DNA from: Rhodothermales bacterium
GTDB taxonomy: Bacteria > Bacteroidota > Rhodothermia > Rhodothermales > BA12
Direction of reading: 5' to 3'
Length of the DNA: 64,000 bases
Assembly: GCA_963740755.1 (NCBI GenBank)
Contig: CAVUFJ010000011.1
Coordinates: forward strand, 80,822-144,821
Part shown: positions 34,101 to 45,063 of the stretch, in pieces
Numbering within the stretch: the stretch's first letter is position 1
How the letters are laid out: every line of letters starts with the position of its first letter
The notes under the pieces: generated by a model
Database searches by the model: none
Told to the model about the DNA's origin: nothing
What the model saw: only the letters and a program-made list of their open reading frames with translations
Position numbers and translations under genes: made by a program

Positions 34101-34260
34101 GGGCAGGGGCAGGGCGGACCCCTACGCCGGTGGGGCGTCCGCGATTCCCCGCCCGCGCGCCGGGGCGCCGATAGCACCGCATCGTCTCATCTGCTCCCCG
34201 AGGCAGCGGCAACGCCCGCCCTGCTCGGGGCCGGATCAGGCGGGCGGTGCTGGGCGGCGC

Positions 34261-35646
34261 CTATGCGGTCTCGGAAAACCCGCGCTGGGGGACGCCGGGC
34301 GAACGAGCGTCATACAAAGCGCCCACGCCATAGCCCAGCATCGCAGCCCCGAGCGAGGTCAGGTAGGGCAGCGGCAGGTGCAGCAGCTTGTCGGCCACAA
34401 GGTAGACGACGAAGCCCGCGAGCATGGCGCCGGTGGCGGCCCAGCGCCCGCCCCAGCGCGTGAAGAGCGCCAGCAGCACCACCACGAACAGCCCCGCGCT
34501 GCCAAACGCCGACGCTTCCTCGACGAGCGCGTACACGCCCTCGGAGCCGAGCGCGAGCCCGTACGCCACGCCCGCAAACGCCACCACCGACACGCGCGCC
34601 GCGAGGAGCTTGCCCCGCTCCGACAGCCCCGGCCGCAGCGGCACCACGATGTTGTGCGACACGAGCGAGCCCGCCACGAGCAGCGTCGAGTCCACCGTCG
34701 AGAGGATCGCGGCCACGAGCGCGCCCGTGAACACGACCGAGAGCGCCTTCGGCAGATGCTGCGCGGCGAGGGCCGGCAGAATCCCTTCGGGGTCCGCGAG
34801 GCCGGGTACCTGCACCGCCCCGATGAGCCCCAGCACCACCGGGATGCCGCCGGCGAAGGCGTACAGCCCGGCGGCCTGAAACGCCGCCCGCTGCGCCACG
34901 CCCGCACTCCGGCACGCGATCACGCGCGAGACCAGCTCGACAGCCACGACGGACCCGCAGATCGGCACGGCCCACTTTTCGAGCCCGGCCAGCACGCCGA
35001 AGCCCGCAAACGGGTTGAAGCGCGCGGCGGGCACCTGCGCGAGCGCTTCGCCCCCGTCCGCCATGAACACCGCCACGCCGAGCACGACGAGCCCCACGAG
35101 CAGCACGACGCCCTGGATGAGGTCGTGGTAGGCATCGGCGAGGGCGCCGCCGAGGACGGTGTAGAGCACGATCACGACCGCCGCCGCCGTCACGCCCACG
35201 ACGGGCGAGAAGCCGCCCACGCCTGCCACGATGCCCCCGAAGGCCCGCACCTGCGCGCCCGCCCACAGCACCGACGCGGGGATCATGAGCACGACGGCGA
35301 GCCGCTCCACGCCCGCCCCGTAGCGCTGCCGGTAAAGGTCGGCGAGCGTCGTCAGGCCGCGCCGGTAGAGCGGGCGCGCGAGAAAAGCGCCCATGAGCAG
35401 CAGGCAGAGTCCGTAGCCGAAGGGGTCGGCCCGCGCCCCCGCGAGCCCTTCGGCGTAGACCGCCCCGGCCGCCCCGATGCACGTCTCGGCCCCGAACCAG
35501 GTGGCGAAGATCGTGAACGTGCCGAGCCACAGCCCGAGGCTCCGCCCGGCAACGATGTAGTCGGTCTCCGTCCGGATCCGGCGCGACACGAACGCGCCGA
35601 TGGCGAGCTGGAGGAGCAGGTAAACGGCGAGCGTCGCGAGGGCCAC
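34261..35646 (-). CDS. Sodium:solute symporter family transporter
   Basis: 461 aa, intact, 12-13 TM pattern. N-terminal DYIVAGRSLG...GAETCIGAAG, typical of SSS transporters. Confidence 0.8.
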   Translation of the reverse strand: MALATLAVYLLLQLAIGAFVSRRIRTETDYIVAGRSLGLWLGTFTIFATWFGAETCIGAAGAVYAEGLAGARADPFGYGLCLLLMGAFLARPLYRRGLTTLADLYRQRYGAGVERLAVVLMIPASVLWAGAQVRAFGGIVAGVGGFSPVVGVTAAAVVIVLYTVLGGALADAYHDLIQGVVLLVGLVVLGVAVFMADGGEALAQVPAARFNPFAGFGVLAGLEKWAVPICGSVVAVELVSRVIACRSAGVAQRAAFQAAGLYAFAGGIPVVLGLIGAVQVPGLADPEGILPALAAQHLPKALSVVFTGALVAAILSTVDSTLLVAGSLVSHNIVVPLRPGLSERGKLLAARVSVVAFAGVAYGLALGSEGVYALVEEASAFGSAGLFVVVLLALFTRWGGRWAATGAMLAGFVVYLVADKLLHLPLPYLTSLGAAMLGYGVGALYDARSPGVPQRGFSETA

Positions 35647-35690
35647 GGCAGGGCGGGGGAGCAGCGTCCCAAACTAACCCCGATGGGCGT

Positions 35691-36063
35691 TCAGGCCTTG
35701 CGCCGATGCCCGGCGAGCCACACGAGCGCGCCCATGACGGGCTGCATCGGCAGGCGGGCCCAGAGGCTCCACTCGGGCGCCCACGCTCATCGTCTCGGGG
35801 TGGCGCGCGGCGTAGATGTTGGCCGGAAACACGGCCGTGAGCAGCGTCAGCAGGCCCCACATGGCTGCCCGGCGCGTGCTGCGCAGCATCAGCCCGAGGC
35901 CGCCGGCGATCTCGGCCACCCCGCTGAGCGCCACGGTGGGCTTGGGCGGCAGCGGGGGCGGCACGATCCGCTCGAAGGATTTCGAGGCGGCAAAGTGCAT
36001 GGTACCGGAGAAGACAAACAGGCTGCCCCAGAAGTAGGGCGAGGTGAGCAGGCGGCGCAGCAT
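35691..36063 (-). CDS. DoxX-like small membrane protein with one frameshift
   Basis: MLRRLLTSPYFWGSLFVFSGTMHF...ALSGVAEIAGGLGLML. Frame-corrected C-terminus ...WAPEWSLWARLPMQPVMGALVWLAGHRRKA*. Confidence 0.5.
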
Positions 36064-36368
36064 GGCGGCAAGCAGAAGGAAGCGGGTCGCAAAATTGGGG
36101 CATCCGGTGCCGCGCAACCGTGCCGATCCGGGAAGGGACAGACGCTTTACGATCCGGCCCCCACCTGCTGCCTCCGCGCTGAACTGAAGGTCCGCGTAGC
36201 GGAACGCGCTCCGGCAGCGGTCCTCTCCCGAAATCGGGGGAGGTGTCCCGAAGCGGACGGAGGGGGCGGGGGGCGCCTTCCCCACAGCTTCGCGGACCCG
36301 CGCGCCCGTCGCGCCGGTTGCAGCGGCTTCGATGCCCGGCTCCCGACCCCCGATTCCCCCTCTCTGAC

Positions 36369-38042
36369 GTGTCCGACCAGAAAGTCATCTTCTCGATGCG
36401 CGGCGTCACCAAGACGCACAAGAACGGCAAGACCGTCCTCCGCGACATCTGGCTCTCCTTCTACTACGGCGCCAAGATCGGCGTGCTCGGCCTCAACGGG
36501 GCCGGCAAGTCTACCCTCCTCAAGATCATCGCGGGCGAGGACAAAGACTTTCTGGGGCACGTCGAAGTGCTGCAGAAGGGCATCACCTTCGGGATGCTCC
36601 ACCAGGAGCCCAACCTCGACCCCGCCCGGACGGTCCGCGAGATCGTCGAGGAAGGCGTGGCCGAGCAGGCGCAGATCCTCAAGGACTACGAGGCCATCAA
36701 CGCCCAGTTTGCCGACCCCGACGCCGACTTCGACGCGCTCATGGCCCGGCAGGCCAAGCTGCAGGACGACATCGACCGCCTCGGCCTCTGGGACCTCGAC
36801 GCGCAGCTCGAACAGGCGATGGACGCCCTCCGCACGCCCCCCGGCGACGCCGTGATCGGCACCCTCTCGGGTGGCGAGAAGCGCCGCGTGGCCCTCGTGC
36901 GCCTGCTCCTCCAGAAGCCCGACGTGCTCCTGCTCGACGAGCCGACAAACCACCTCGACGCCGAGTCGGTCGCGTGGCTGGAGCAGTTTCTCGCCAAGTA
37001 CCCCGGCACCGTCATCGCCGTCACGCACGACCGCTACTTCCTCGACAACGTCGCCGGCTGGATCCTGGAGCTCGACCGGGGCTCGGGCATCCCGTTCGAG
37101 GGCAACTACTCGTCGTGGCTGGAGCAGAAGAGTGCCCGGCTCGCGCTCGAGGAGAAGCAGCAGAGCAAGCAGCAGAAGGCGCTCCAGGAAGAGCTGGAGT
37201 GGGTGCGGCAGAGCCCGAAGGGACGCCACGCCAAGAGCAAGGCGCGCATTGCCAACTACGAGAAGCTCGTCGAGCAGCAGCAGCACAAGCGCGACGACGA
37301 GATGGAGATCCCCATCCCGACCGGCCCGCGCCTCGGCAACCTCGTCATCAACGCCGACGCGCTCACGAAGGCCTACGGCGACAAGCTGCTCTTCGAAGAC
37401 CTGACGTTCTCGCTGCCCCCCGGCGGCATCGTCGGCATCGTGGGCCCCAACGGCGCCGGCAAGACGACGCTCTTCCGCATGATCACGGGCGCCGCCGAGC
37501 CCGACGGGGGCACCATCAAGGTGGGCGAGACCGTCAAGCTCGGCTACGTGGACCAGAACCGCCCGCTCGACCCGGAGAAGACCATCTGGCAGGAGATCGC
37601 CGACGGAGCCGACTTCATCAAGGTGGGCGGGCGCGACATGCAGAGCCGCGCGTGGGTGGGCAAGTTCGGCTTCGGCGGCGCGGATCAGCAGAAGAAGGTG
37701 ACCGAGCTCTCGGGCGGCGAGCGCAACCGCGTCCACCTCGCCAAGGTGCTCCGCGAGGGCGCCAACGTGCTCCTGCTCGACGAGCCCACGAACGACCTCG
37801 ACGTGAACACGCTCCGCGCGCTCGAAGAGGCGCTCCAGGACTTTGCCGGCTGCGCCGTCGTGATCTCCCACGACCGCTGGTTCCTCGACCGCGTGGCCAC
37901 CCACATCCTCGCCTTCGAGGGCAACTCGGAGGTGGTGTGGTTCGACGGCAACTACCGCCTCTACGAGGAAGACTACCACAAGCGCAAGGGCATCGACGCC
38001 GAGCGCCCGCACCGCCTCACCTACCGCAAGCTCACGCGGTAA
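36369..38042 (+). CDS. ettA: Energy-dependent translational throttle protein (ABC-F ATPase)
   Basis: Two ABC cassettes (GLNGAGKST; GPNGAGKTT), two signature motifs [11 protein letters not shown] and [11 protein letters not shown]. 557 aa, intact. Confidence 0.9.
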   Translation: MSDQKVIFSMRGVTKTHKNGKTVLRDIWLSFYYGAKIGVLGLNGAGKSTLLKIIAGEDKDFLGHVEVLQKGITFGMLHQEPNLDPARTVREIVEEGVAEQAQILKDYEAINAQFADPDADFDALMARQAKLQDDIDRLGLWDLDAQLEQAMDALRTPPGDAVIGTLSGGEKRRVALVRLLLQKPDVLLLDEPTNHLDAESVAWLEQFLAKYPGTVIAVTHDRYFLDNVAGWILELDRGSGIPFEGNYSSWLEQKSARLALEEKQQSKQQKALQEELEWVRQSPKGRHAKSKARIANYEKLVEQQQHKRDDEMEIPIPTGPRLGNLVINADALTKAYGDKLLFEDLTFSLPPGGIVGIVGPNGAGKTTLFRMITGAAEPDGGTIKVGETVKLGYVDQNRPLDPEKTIWQEIADGADFIKVGGRDMQSRAWVGKFGFGGADQQKKVTELSGGERNRVHLAKVLREGANVLLLDEPTNDLDVNTLRALEEALQDFAGCAVVISHDRWFLDRVATHILAFEGNSEVVWFDGNYRLYEEDYHKRKGIDAERPHRLTYRKLTR

Positions 38043-38062
38043 CGCCATCCCCCGACGCGCTG

Positions 38063-38119
38063 CGCGCCGTCGCCCTCTTCCGCGGGAAAGGGCGCCTCAT
38101 CAACACTCCCCTTCCCGCA
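38063..38119 (+). terminator. Long imperfect hairpin downstream of ettA, with no U-tract
   Basis: GCCCTCTTCCGCGGGAA...TTCCCGCAGAAGAGGGC, a 17-bp stem with one mismatch. Confidence 0.3.
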
Positions 38120-38198
38120 GAAGAGGGCGGATTCGAGTCGTTCAGGCGAAGAATCCGGGGGTGGACGCAGCGTTGCGCACGGACAACCGTCACGCGCC

Positions 38199-38435
38199 AT
38201 GCACGTCGTTTCGCTCGATGAAGCCGGTGAGCACCTTGACGGCCTGATCGACGAGGCACTCCAAGGAAACGTGGTCATCATCAGACGCGATGATGGCTTC
38301 GTGGTACAGCTCGTGCCGGTAATCGAGCGCGATGCTACAGAGGATCTGATACCAGATCCGGCCGATGAGTACGGGAAGGTCCCCTCGATCATTGATGATG
38401 GATCATGGCCAGAGAGCACATCTGGGCGTCTCTGA
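38199..38435 (+). CDS. Orphan Phd/YefM-like antitoxin; its 3' third is encoded by repeat R3 and no toxin gene follows
   Basis: MHVVSLDEAGEHLDGLIDEALQGNVVIIRRDDGFVVQLVPV resembles Phd/YefM N-termini. Downstream ...DLIPDPADEYGKVPSIIDDGSW is the translated repeat. Confidence 0.35.
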   Translation: MHVVSLDEAGEHLDGLIDEALQGNVVIIRRDDGFVVQLVPVIERDATEDLIPDPADEYGKVPSIIDDGSWPESTSGRL

Positions 38436-38500
38436 CCATGATCAATGATCCGTGATCAACCCGGTGATCCCTGACCAAGCTACCGGAGTTGGTATGACAA
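38343..38500. repeat. R3 copy of the GGTCAGAGA / GATC-rich repeat family, inverse orientation
   Basis: gatctgataccagatccgg...gatcatggccagagagcacatctgggcgtctctgaccatgatcaatgatccgtgatcaacccggtgatcc...accggagttggtatga. Confidence 0.7.
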
Positions 38501-38600
38501 GGCATGGGCGCACAAAGGATCCGAAAGGAAGTGGCTAAAAGCGGCAGGGGAGGGCGCTGAGCGCTGTATCCTTGCGCGTTCGCTCACCCTTTGCCTGTCC

Positions 38601-39219
38601 ATGTTCAACGGCGCCCACCTCCACCTGCTCGTCAACCACGTGCCCGAGATGGCCGCGATGTTCGGCGTGCTGCTGCTGCTTGGCGCGCTCCTGTTCAAAC
38701 GGGCCGACGTGGCGCGGGCGGCGCTCGTGCTGCTCGTCGTGGGCGGCGTGGGGGCGTGGGCGTCGGACTACACCGGACAGGGCGCCGAGAACATCGCCAC
38801 GAAGTATCCGGGCGTCTACCGCACCACGATCCACGCGCACGAGGACGCCGCCGAACTGGCCTGGAAGGCAGAGGCGCTCCTGGGCCTGCTCGCCCTCGGC
38901 GCGCTCGTGCGCTGGCGCCGCGCCGACGTGATTGCCCACGGGCATCGTGGCCGGCTTTCTCGTGCTCGGGGCTGGGATGGCGGGGTGGATGGCCTACGTG
39001 AGCCACCTCGGCGGCTACGTCCGCCACACCGAGATCCGCGAGGCCTCCGAGATCGTGGCCGACTCCACCGCCGACGCCCAGCGCCGTGCCGCGCGCCTGC
39101 GCCAGCAGGCCGAGCGCGAAGGCCGCCCGGTGCCCACCGATCCGTCCGTGCCCGACACCAGCGCCGCCGATTCGCTCGGCGCTGGCCTCCCCGCCCGTCC
39201 CGACACCACGACGCGCTGA
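38601..39219 (+). CDS. Hypothetical membrane protein with four predicted TMs; one frameshift
   Basis: MFNGAHLHLLVNHVPEMAAMFGVLLLLGALLF.... Continues after about 38930 as ...IPTGIVAGFLVLGAGMAGWMAYVSHLGGYVRHTEIREA. Confidence 0.4.
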
Positions 39220-39279
39220 GGCGCTGCCTCCGTGCGGCCCCGGCGGTGATCCGGGCGGGCTGCGCGGCGTTCTGGCTCC

Positions 39280-39777
39280 ATGTCCAACTTTCGCGGCCAC
39301 CTGTTCGGCGCGGCGCTCTTCGGGGTGCTCTACCTCGGCGCCTTCGCGGCCCTCTACGCCGTAGACGGCGCGTATGCGCAGTTCTCGCTGCCCGAGCGCG
39401 TGGCCTACCCGGCGGCGCTCTTCGGGCTGTGCCTGCTCTTCGGCCTCTGGCCCGACGTAGACACGCACTCGGTGGGGCAGAAGGTGTTCTACGCCATTTT
39501 CTTCGTGGCCGACCTCGCGCTCATCCTCACGCAGCGCTTTCAGGAGTCGGCCTACTTCGGGCTCGCCGCCATCCTCCCCATCCTGAGCAAACACCGGGGG
39601 TGGACCCACACGCTCTGGGCGATGCTGCTCGTGCCATCGCCCCTGTTCGTGCTGCCGTACCTGTCGCTGCCGGCGCGTCCGCTCGCCGGGCTCCCGTTCT
39701 ACGGCGCCGCCGTGATGGGCTACGCCAGCCACCTCGTCTTCGACGGCATGCTCTTTTCCCGCCGCAAGCGCCGCTGA
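39280..39777 (+). CDS. Membrane-bound metal-dependent hydrolase (YdjM/DUF457-like)
   Basis: Intact 165 aa with four TMs and conserved His/Asp (...WPDVDTHS...HRGWTHTLWA...HLVFDG). Confidence 0.55.
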   Translation: MSNFRGHLFGAALFGVLYLGAFAALYAVDGAYAQFSLPERVAYPAALFGLCLLFGLWPDVDTHSVGQKVFYAIFFVADLALILTQRFQESAYFGLAAILPILSKHRGWTHTLWAMLLVPSPLFVLPYLSLPARPLAGLPFYGAAVMGYASHLVFDGMLFSRRKRR

Positions 39778-40075
39778 TGGAAGGGCGTGGCTGCGCCTGA
39801 CGAGAAACGCCGTCCCTCCGGGTGGTCGGCCGGAGCGCCGGACGGGATCGCCGTCAAGGTGGCGCCTGTGCTGTCGGCGGTAGAGAGCGCGACTTGTCGT
39901 GCCCTCCTCATGAGGGACGCCCTGCGACCGAAGGGCGCGATGCATCGCGCCCCTACGGAGGATGCGCCCGAGGGCGGCCTACTGCCTATGAGGAGGACGG
40001 GGACGGGTGAAGATCGGAGGGCGGGAGAACGGGGGCGGGCCGCGTACCTTTTCGGCGCTGTCCCCCTCCGCTGCT

Positions 40076-41728
40076 TTGAGCCGTCTCCGCAAGCTCGCCT
40101 CCGACACGGCCGTCTACGGGCTCTCGTCCATCCTCGGGCGGATGCTCAACTTCCTGCTCGTGCCGTTCTACACGCAGGTGTTCACGCGCGAGGAGGTGGG
40201 CGTGATCACGCTCGTGTTTCTGGCCTTCGTCTTCCTGAACATCCTGTTCACGTACGGGCTGGAGTCGGCCTACCTCAAGTACGCCTCGGGCCAGGAGGGG
40301 CGCGCGCGCGTCGTGGAGGTGTTCTCGACGGCCACGTTCTCGCTCCTCGCCACGAGCGCCGTGCTCGGGCTCGGGATCGTGCTCTTTCCCGGCGTGCTGC
40401 AAGGCCTGTTCGGCTTCGGCGCAGGCGCGCCGTACCTCGTGGCCGTCGTCGCGCTCACGCTCGTGCTCGACACGCTCACCAAGGTGCCGCTCGCCGAACT
40501 CCGCCTCGCCGGGCGCCCGTGGATGTTCGCGGTGGCCAACTTCGCCAACATCGGGGCCAACATCCTGCTCACGCTCGTGCTCGTGCTCAAGTACAAGCGC
40601 GGCGTGGCGGGCGTGTTCGAGGCCAACCTGATGGGGAGCGTGGCGCAGCTCGCCGTGCTCGCGCCGCTCTACGTGCAACTGCTGCGCCCGCGCTTTCACC
40701 GGGCCATCTGGCGCGACCTCGTGGCCTTTGGCCTGCCGTTCGTGCCGGGCGGCGTGGGCTACGCGCTCACCGACCGCGTGAGCACCATTGGCCTGCAAAA
40801 GCTGCCCTCGGCCGTGCCCGGCGCCTCCGGCGAGGCGCTCGTGGGCCTCTACGGCGCGGCGCCCAAGCTGGGCGTGTTCATGATGCTCGCCGTGCAGATG
40901 TTCAGGTTCGCCTGGCAGCCCTTCTTCCTCCAGCACGCCGACGACGCCGACGCGCGCCCGCTCTTTGCGCGCGTGTTCACGCTCTTCAACGCGGGCCTGT
41001 GGGCGTTCTTCCTCGGCGTGGCCTTCTACGCCCGCGAGATCGCCACGCTGCCGCTGCCGGGCGGGCGGACGCTTATCCAGGCGTCGTTTCTGCCGGGGCT
41101 CGTGGCGGTGCCGCTCGTGCTCGGCTCGTACCTGCTCCAGGGCTGGTACTACGCCTTCTCGGCGGGCCTCTACATCGAGAAGCAGACCAAGTATTTCGTC
41201 CACGCCACCGTCGCGGGGGCGGTGGCGGCCATCGTCGCCACGGTGCTGCTCGTGCCCCGGCTCGGACTCGTGGGCGCGGGCGCGGCGAGTGTGGCGGGCT
41301 ACGGGGCGATGGCCCTCGCGCTCTACGTGTACGCACAGCGGGCCTACCCGCTCCCGTTCAACTGGCGCCGCGCCGGGGGCACCGCCGCGCTCGCGCTCGC
41401 GCTCTTTGGCGCGTGGGCGCTCGTGCCGGTGCTCCAGCGCTGGTTCATCGAAGGGTTGCTCCTGGCGGCCTACGGAGCGGGCCTCGTGGCGCTCGGCGTG
41501 GTGCCGCGCGGACTGCTCACGCGGATCGGGCGGCGCCCGGCGCGTCCGCAGGCGCCGCCCGAGGAGCCCGGCGAGAGCGCCCGCACCGGCGCGCAGCTGG
41601 CCGACCTCGCCGCCGACCCGGCCGCGCTCGCCGACAACACCGACGCGCCGGACGCCTCGGCGCCCTCGCCGCCGCCCGCCTCCACCCCCTCGGAGGCGCC
41701 CGGCCCGGCGCCCTCCGAGCCGTCGTGA
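40076..41728 (+). CDS. Wzx-like oligosaccharide/lipid flippase (polysaccharide biosynthesis protein family); TTG start inferred
   Basis: About 12-14 TMs. N-terminal LRKLASDTAVYGLSSILGRMLNFLLVPFYT, typical of Wzx/MOP flippases. Confidence 0.7.
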   Translation: MSRLRKLASDTAVYGLSSILGRMLNFLLVPFYTQVFTREEVGVITLVFLAFVFLNILFTYGLESAYLKYASGQEGRARVVEVFSTATFSLLATSAVLGLGIVLFPGVLQGLFGFGAGAPYLVAVVALTLVLDTLTKVPLAELRLAGRPWMFAVANFANIGANILLTLVLVLKYKRGVAGVFEANLMGSVAQLAVLAPLYVQLLRPRFHRAIWRDLVAFGLPFVPGGVGYALTDRVSTIGLQKLPSAVPGASGEALVGLYGAAPKLGVFMMLAVQMFRFAWQPFFLQHADDADARPLFARVFTLFNAGLWAFFLGVAFYAREIATLPLPGGRTLIQASFLPGLVAVPLVLGSYLLQGWYYAFSAGLYIEKQTKYFVHATVAGAVAAIVATVLLVPRLGLVGAGAASVAGYGAMALALYVYAQRAYPLPFNWRRAGGTAALALALFGAWALVPVLQRWFIEGLLLAAYGAGLVALGVVPRGLLTRIGRRPARPQAPPEEPGESARTGAQLADLAADPAALADNTDAPDASAPSPPPASTPSEAPGPAPSEPS

Positions 41729-42781
41729 CGCCCCCGCCCACGCCCACCGCTTCGCCCGCGCCGGGCTTTGCGCCGCGCGCCGGGCGCGTGCTCGTGACGG
41801 GCGCGACGGGCTTTCTCGGCGGCGCCCTCGCCCGCGCCCTCCACGCCCGCGGGCGCGCCGTCACCGCGACAGGCCGGGATGCCCGCGCCGGCGCCGCACT
41901 GGAGGCCGAGGGCATCCCCTTCGCCCGCCTCGACCTCGGCGACGCCGATGCGGTGCATCGCCTCGTGGAGGGCCACGCCGCCGTGATCCACAGCGCCGCC
42001 CTCGCCGCGCCGTATGGGCGGGCCGCCGATTTCTGGCGCGCCAACGTGCAGGCCACCGCCCATGTGCTCGGCGCGTGCCAGGCCGCCGGCGTGCAGCGCC
42101 TCGTCCACCTCTCGACGCCCTCCGTCTACTTCGGCTTCGAGAGCCGCGAAGACGTCCGCGAGTCCGACGAACTGCCCGCCCTGCCGCGCACCCCCTACGC
42201 CGCCTCGAAGCGCCTCGCCGACGTGCTCGTGCGCGCGGCCGTAGCCGAGGGCCTGAGCGCGATCCTGCTGCGCCCGCGCGCGATCTATGGCCCCGGCGAC
42301 CGGGCGGTGCTGCCGCGCCTGATCCGCGCGCTGCGCACGGGCCGCCTGCCCATCATCGGCGACGGGCACAACCGCGTGAGCATGACCTACATCGACCACG
42401 CCGTAGACGCCGCAATCCGCGCGCTCGACGCCCCGGACGCCCTCTCGGGCCGCATCTACAACGTGGCCGATGGCGAGCCTGTAGCGCTGTGGGCGATGAT
42501 CGCGGCGCTCTGCGACCGGCTGGGCCTGCCGCGCCCCACGCGCCACGTTTCGCTCGCGCGGATGATGCGCGTCGGCGGCGTGCTCGAAGCCGGTGTACCG
42601 CCGCCTGCTCCCGGGCCGCGAGCCCGTGCTGACGCGCTACAGCGTGGCCGTGGTGGGCTGCTCGCAGACGCTCGACACCACCGCGCTCCGCCGCGACCTC
42701 GGCTTCCGCCCGTGGGTGACGCCGGAAGAGGGGCTAGCGCGCTTTGCCGCGTGGTGGCAGGCGCAGGAGGCGACGCCGTGA
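41725..42781 (+). CDS. NAD-dependent epimerase/dehydratase (3-beta-HSD-like SDR) with one frameshift
   Basis: VLVTGATGFLGGALARAL Rossmann motif. YAASK catalytic pair. GTG start overlaps the flippase stop. Frame break at about 42595. Confidence 0.75.
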
Positions 42782-43596
42782 GCGGCTGGCGCCTCGCGTG
42801 GCTCGAAGCCGGCGCGTGCCGGGCGCCCGAGCGCCTCTCGCGCGGCGATGGCCGCTGGCGGACGCACCGCTTTCCGGCGGGCGTGGGCCTGCTCGAAGGG
42901 CACGGGCGGATCGTCCTCTTCGACACCGGCTACGCCCCGCGCTACCGCCCCGTGATGCAGTGCACGCTCCCGCACCGGCTCCTCACGCGCGCCCTCGCGC
43001 CCGTCGTGACGCCCTCGGCGGCAGACCTGCTCGCCGCCCGGGGGATCGCGCCCGAGGCCGTCACCGACGTGTTCGTGTCGCACTTCCACACCGACCATGT
43101 GGGCGGCCTGCGCGACTTTCCGCACGCCCGCTTTCACGCCCACCCGGAGGCGCTGCGTCCCGTGCGCGCCCCGCACGGCGTGGACGAACGCGGCGGGCTA
43201 CGCCGCCGCCTTCCTGCCGGACGACTTCGACGCGCGCTTCACGCCCCTCCGGCACCGCGTGGCGCTCCCGCCCGTGCTCGCCCCGTTCGCCGAGGGCTAC
43301 CGCGTGTTCGGCGACGAGCACCACGCTCGCGCTCGACCTCCCCGGCCACGCGCCGGGCCAGGTGGGCCTCTACGTGGAGACGGACGCGGGCCCGTGGCTT
43401 CTCGCCGCCGACGCCGCCTGGCACATCGACGCGCTCGTGGACGATAAGGGCCGCGCCCTCGGCGCTCGGGATGCGCCTCCAGCACGACGCCCGCGCCTAC
43501 CGCGCCACCCAGCACGCCCTGCGCACGGTGATCGCCCGCCACCCCGGCCTCACCGTGGCGGTGAGCCACGACGCCCCCCGCCGGTTCGGCCCGTAG
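42778..43596 (+). CDS. MBL-fold metallo-hydrolase with about three frameshifts
   Basis: VSHFHTDHVGGL (HxHxDH). ...LDLPGHAPGQVGLYVETDAGPWLLAADAAWHIDAL. Start overlaps the epimerase stop. Confidence 0.6.
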   Translation: MSGWRLAWLEAGACRAPERLSRGDGRWRTHRFPAGVGLLEGHGRIVLFDTGYAPRYRPVMQCTLPHRLLTRALAPVVTPSAADLLAARGIAPEAVTDVFVSHFHTDHVGGLRDFPHARFHAHPEALRPVRAPHGVDERGGLRRRLPAGRLRRALHAPPAPRGAPARARPVRRGLPRVRRRAPRSRSTSPATRRARWASTWRRTRARGFSPPTPPGTSTRSWTIRAAPSALGMRLQHDARAYRATQHALRTVIARHPGLTVAVSHDAPRRFGP

Positions 43597-43644
43597 GGGC
43601 CCCATGAATGGGGCCCTTCCATCGAGTCGCACGGCGACGCGGGA

Positions 43645-45063
43645 ATGTCGCAGGGGAACGCGGGGCTAGATGGGGCGGAAGGCGATCTTGGGGTTCACCG
43701 TTTGCCTGTGCCCACCCTTCTCGCCTCCCGCCTGCGTCTGCTCGGCGCCTACGCGGCCACGCGGGTCCGCCGCTTTGGCACGCGCGCCGCACTCGGAGGC
43801 TGGCAGGAGCAGCAGGTGCAACGCCATCTCGCGTGGGTCGCGGCGCGGTCGCCCTTTCACGCCGCGCGCTTTGCCGGGCAGATCGGCCGCTGGCGCGAGG
43901 TGCCGCCCGTCGGCAAGGCCGAGATGATGGCGCACTTCGACCGCTTCAACACGGCGGGCATTCGGCTAGACGACGCGCTCGCGGTGGCGCTGCAGGCCGA
44001 GGGCGAGCGGGACTTTGCGCCCCTCCTGCCCGGCGGGATCGCGGTGGGGCTCTCGTCCGGCACGTCCGGCAACCGGGGCGTCTTTCTGGCAGGGCCCGCC
44101 GAGCGCGACGCCTGGGCCGGGACGATGCTGGCCCACGTGCTGCCGGGCGCGCTCCTCGGACGGCACCGCGTGGCCTTCTTTCTCCGCGCGAACTCGGCCC
44201 TCTACAGCCGCCTCGGCAGCCGGCGCCTCCAGTTTCAGTTTTTCGACCTGCTCGACAGCCCCGCGCAGCACGTTGCCCGGCTGCGCCGCTTTCAGCCCAC
44301 AGTCCTCGCCGCCCCGCCGTCCATGCTTCGGCTCCTCGCCGAGGCGCAGCACGCGGGCCGCCTCTCGCTCGCCCCGGCGAAGGTGCTCTCGGTGGCCGAG
44401 GTGCTCGACCCGGTGGACCGCGCGGTCATCGAAGCCGCCTGGGGGCCGGTCCACGAGGTCTACCAGGCCACCGAGGGGCTGCTCGGCGTCACCTGCGCGC
44501 ACGGCACGCTCCACCTGTGCGAGACGCACGCCGTGATCGAGCGCGAGGGCATCGGCGACCCGGCGGAGGGCCGCTTCACGCCCGTCATCACCGACTTCCG
44601 GCGCCGCACGCAGCCCATCCTCCGCCACCGCCTCGACGACGTGCTCGTGCTCCGCCCCGACCCCTGCCCGTGCGGCTCGGTCCTCACCGCGCTCGCCCGC
44701 ATCGAAGGCCGCGCCGACGACGTGTTCTGGCTCGCCGGGTCGCACGGGCGCCGCGTGCCCCTCTTCCCCGACTTTGTGCGCCGCGCCGTGCTCATCGGCG
44801 CCCCGGAGGCCGACGCCTACACCGCCACGCAGACCGGCCCGGACGCCGTGGCCTTTGCCCTGCGCCTGCCGGACGCGCGCCGCGCGGAGGCCGAAGCCGG
44901 GGTGCGCGCGGCCTGGGACGCCGTGTGCGCCCGCGTGGGCGCGCCGCCGCCCGTGCTCACGTTTGAGGCGCTCGGCGCGGAAGCCGTGGGCGGGGCCAAG
45001 CGCCGCCGCGTGGTGCGGGCGTGGCACCCCGGGGACGTGCCGGTGGCCCTGGAGGCCGCATGA
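43645..45063 (+). CDS. PaaK/F390-synthetase-family adenylate-forming enzyme (acyl- or aryl-CoA ligase-like)
   Basis: Intact 472 aa. GLSSGTSGNRGVF (AMP-binding P-loop-like S/T-G-T-S-G). ...YQATEG. Overall PaaK-like layout. Confidence 0.7.
   Translation: MSQGNAGLDGAEGDLGVHRLPVPTLLASRLRLLGAYAATRVRRFGTRAALGGWQEQQVQRHLAWVAARSPFHAARFAGQIGRWREVPPVGKAEMMAHFDRFNTAGIRLDDALAVALQAEGERDFAPLLPGGIAVGLSSGTSGNRGVFLAGPAERDAWAGTMLAHVLPGALLGRHRVAFFLRANSALYSRLGSRRLQFQFFDLLDSPAQHVARLRRFQPTVLAAPPSMLRLLAEAQHAGRLSLAPAKVLSVAEVLDPVDRAVIEAAWGPVHEVYQATEGLLGVTCAHGTLHLCETHAVIEREGIGDPAEGRFTPVITDFRRRTQPILRHRLDDVLVLRPDPCPCGSVLTALARIEGRADDVFWLAGSHGRRVPLFPDFVRRAVLIGAPEADAYTATQTGPDAVAFALRLPDARRAEAEAGVRAAWDAVCARVGAPPPVLTFEALGAEAVGGAKRRRVVRAWHPGDVPVALEAA

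Noticed and set aside
38095-38125. tRNA-like T-arm (ggattcgagtc) after ettA
   Set aside because: No acceptor stem, D-arm or anticodon arm can be built. It is part of the long imperfect hairpin at 38063-38119.
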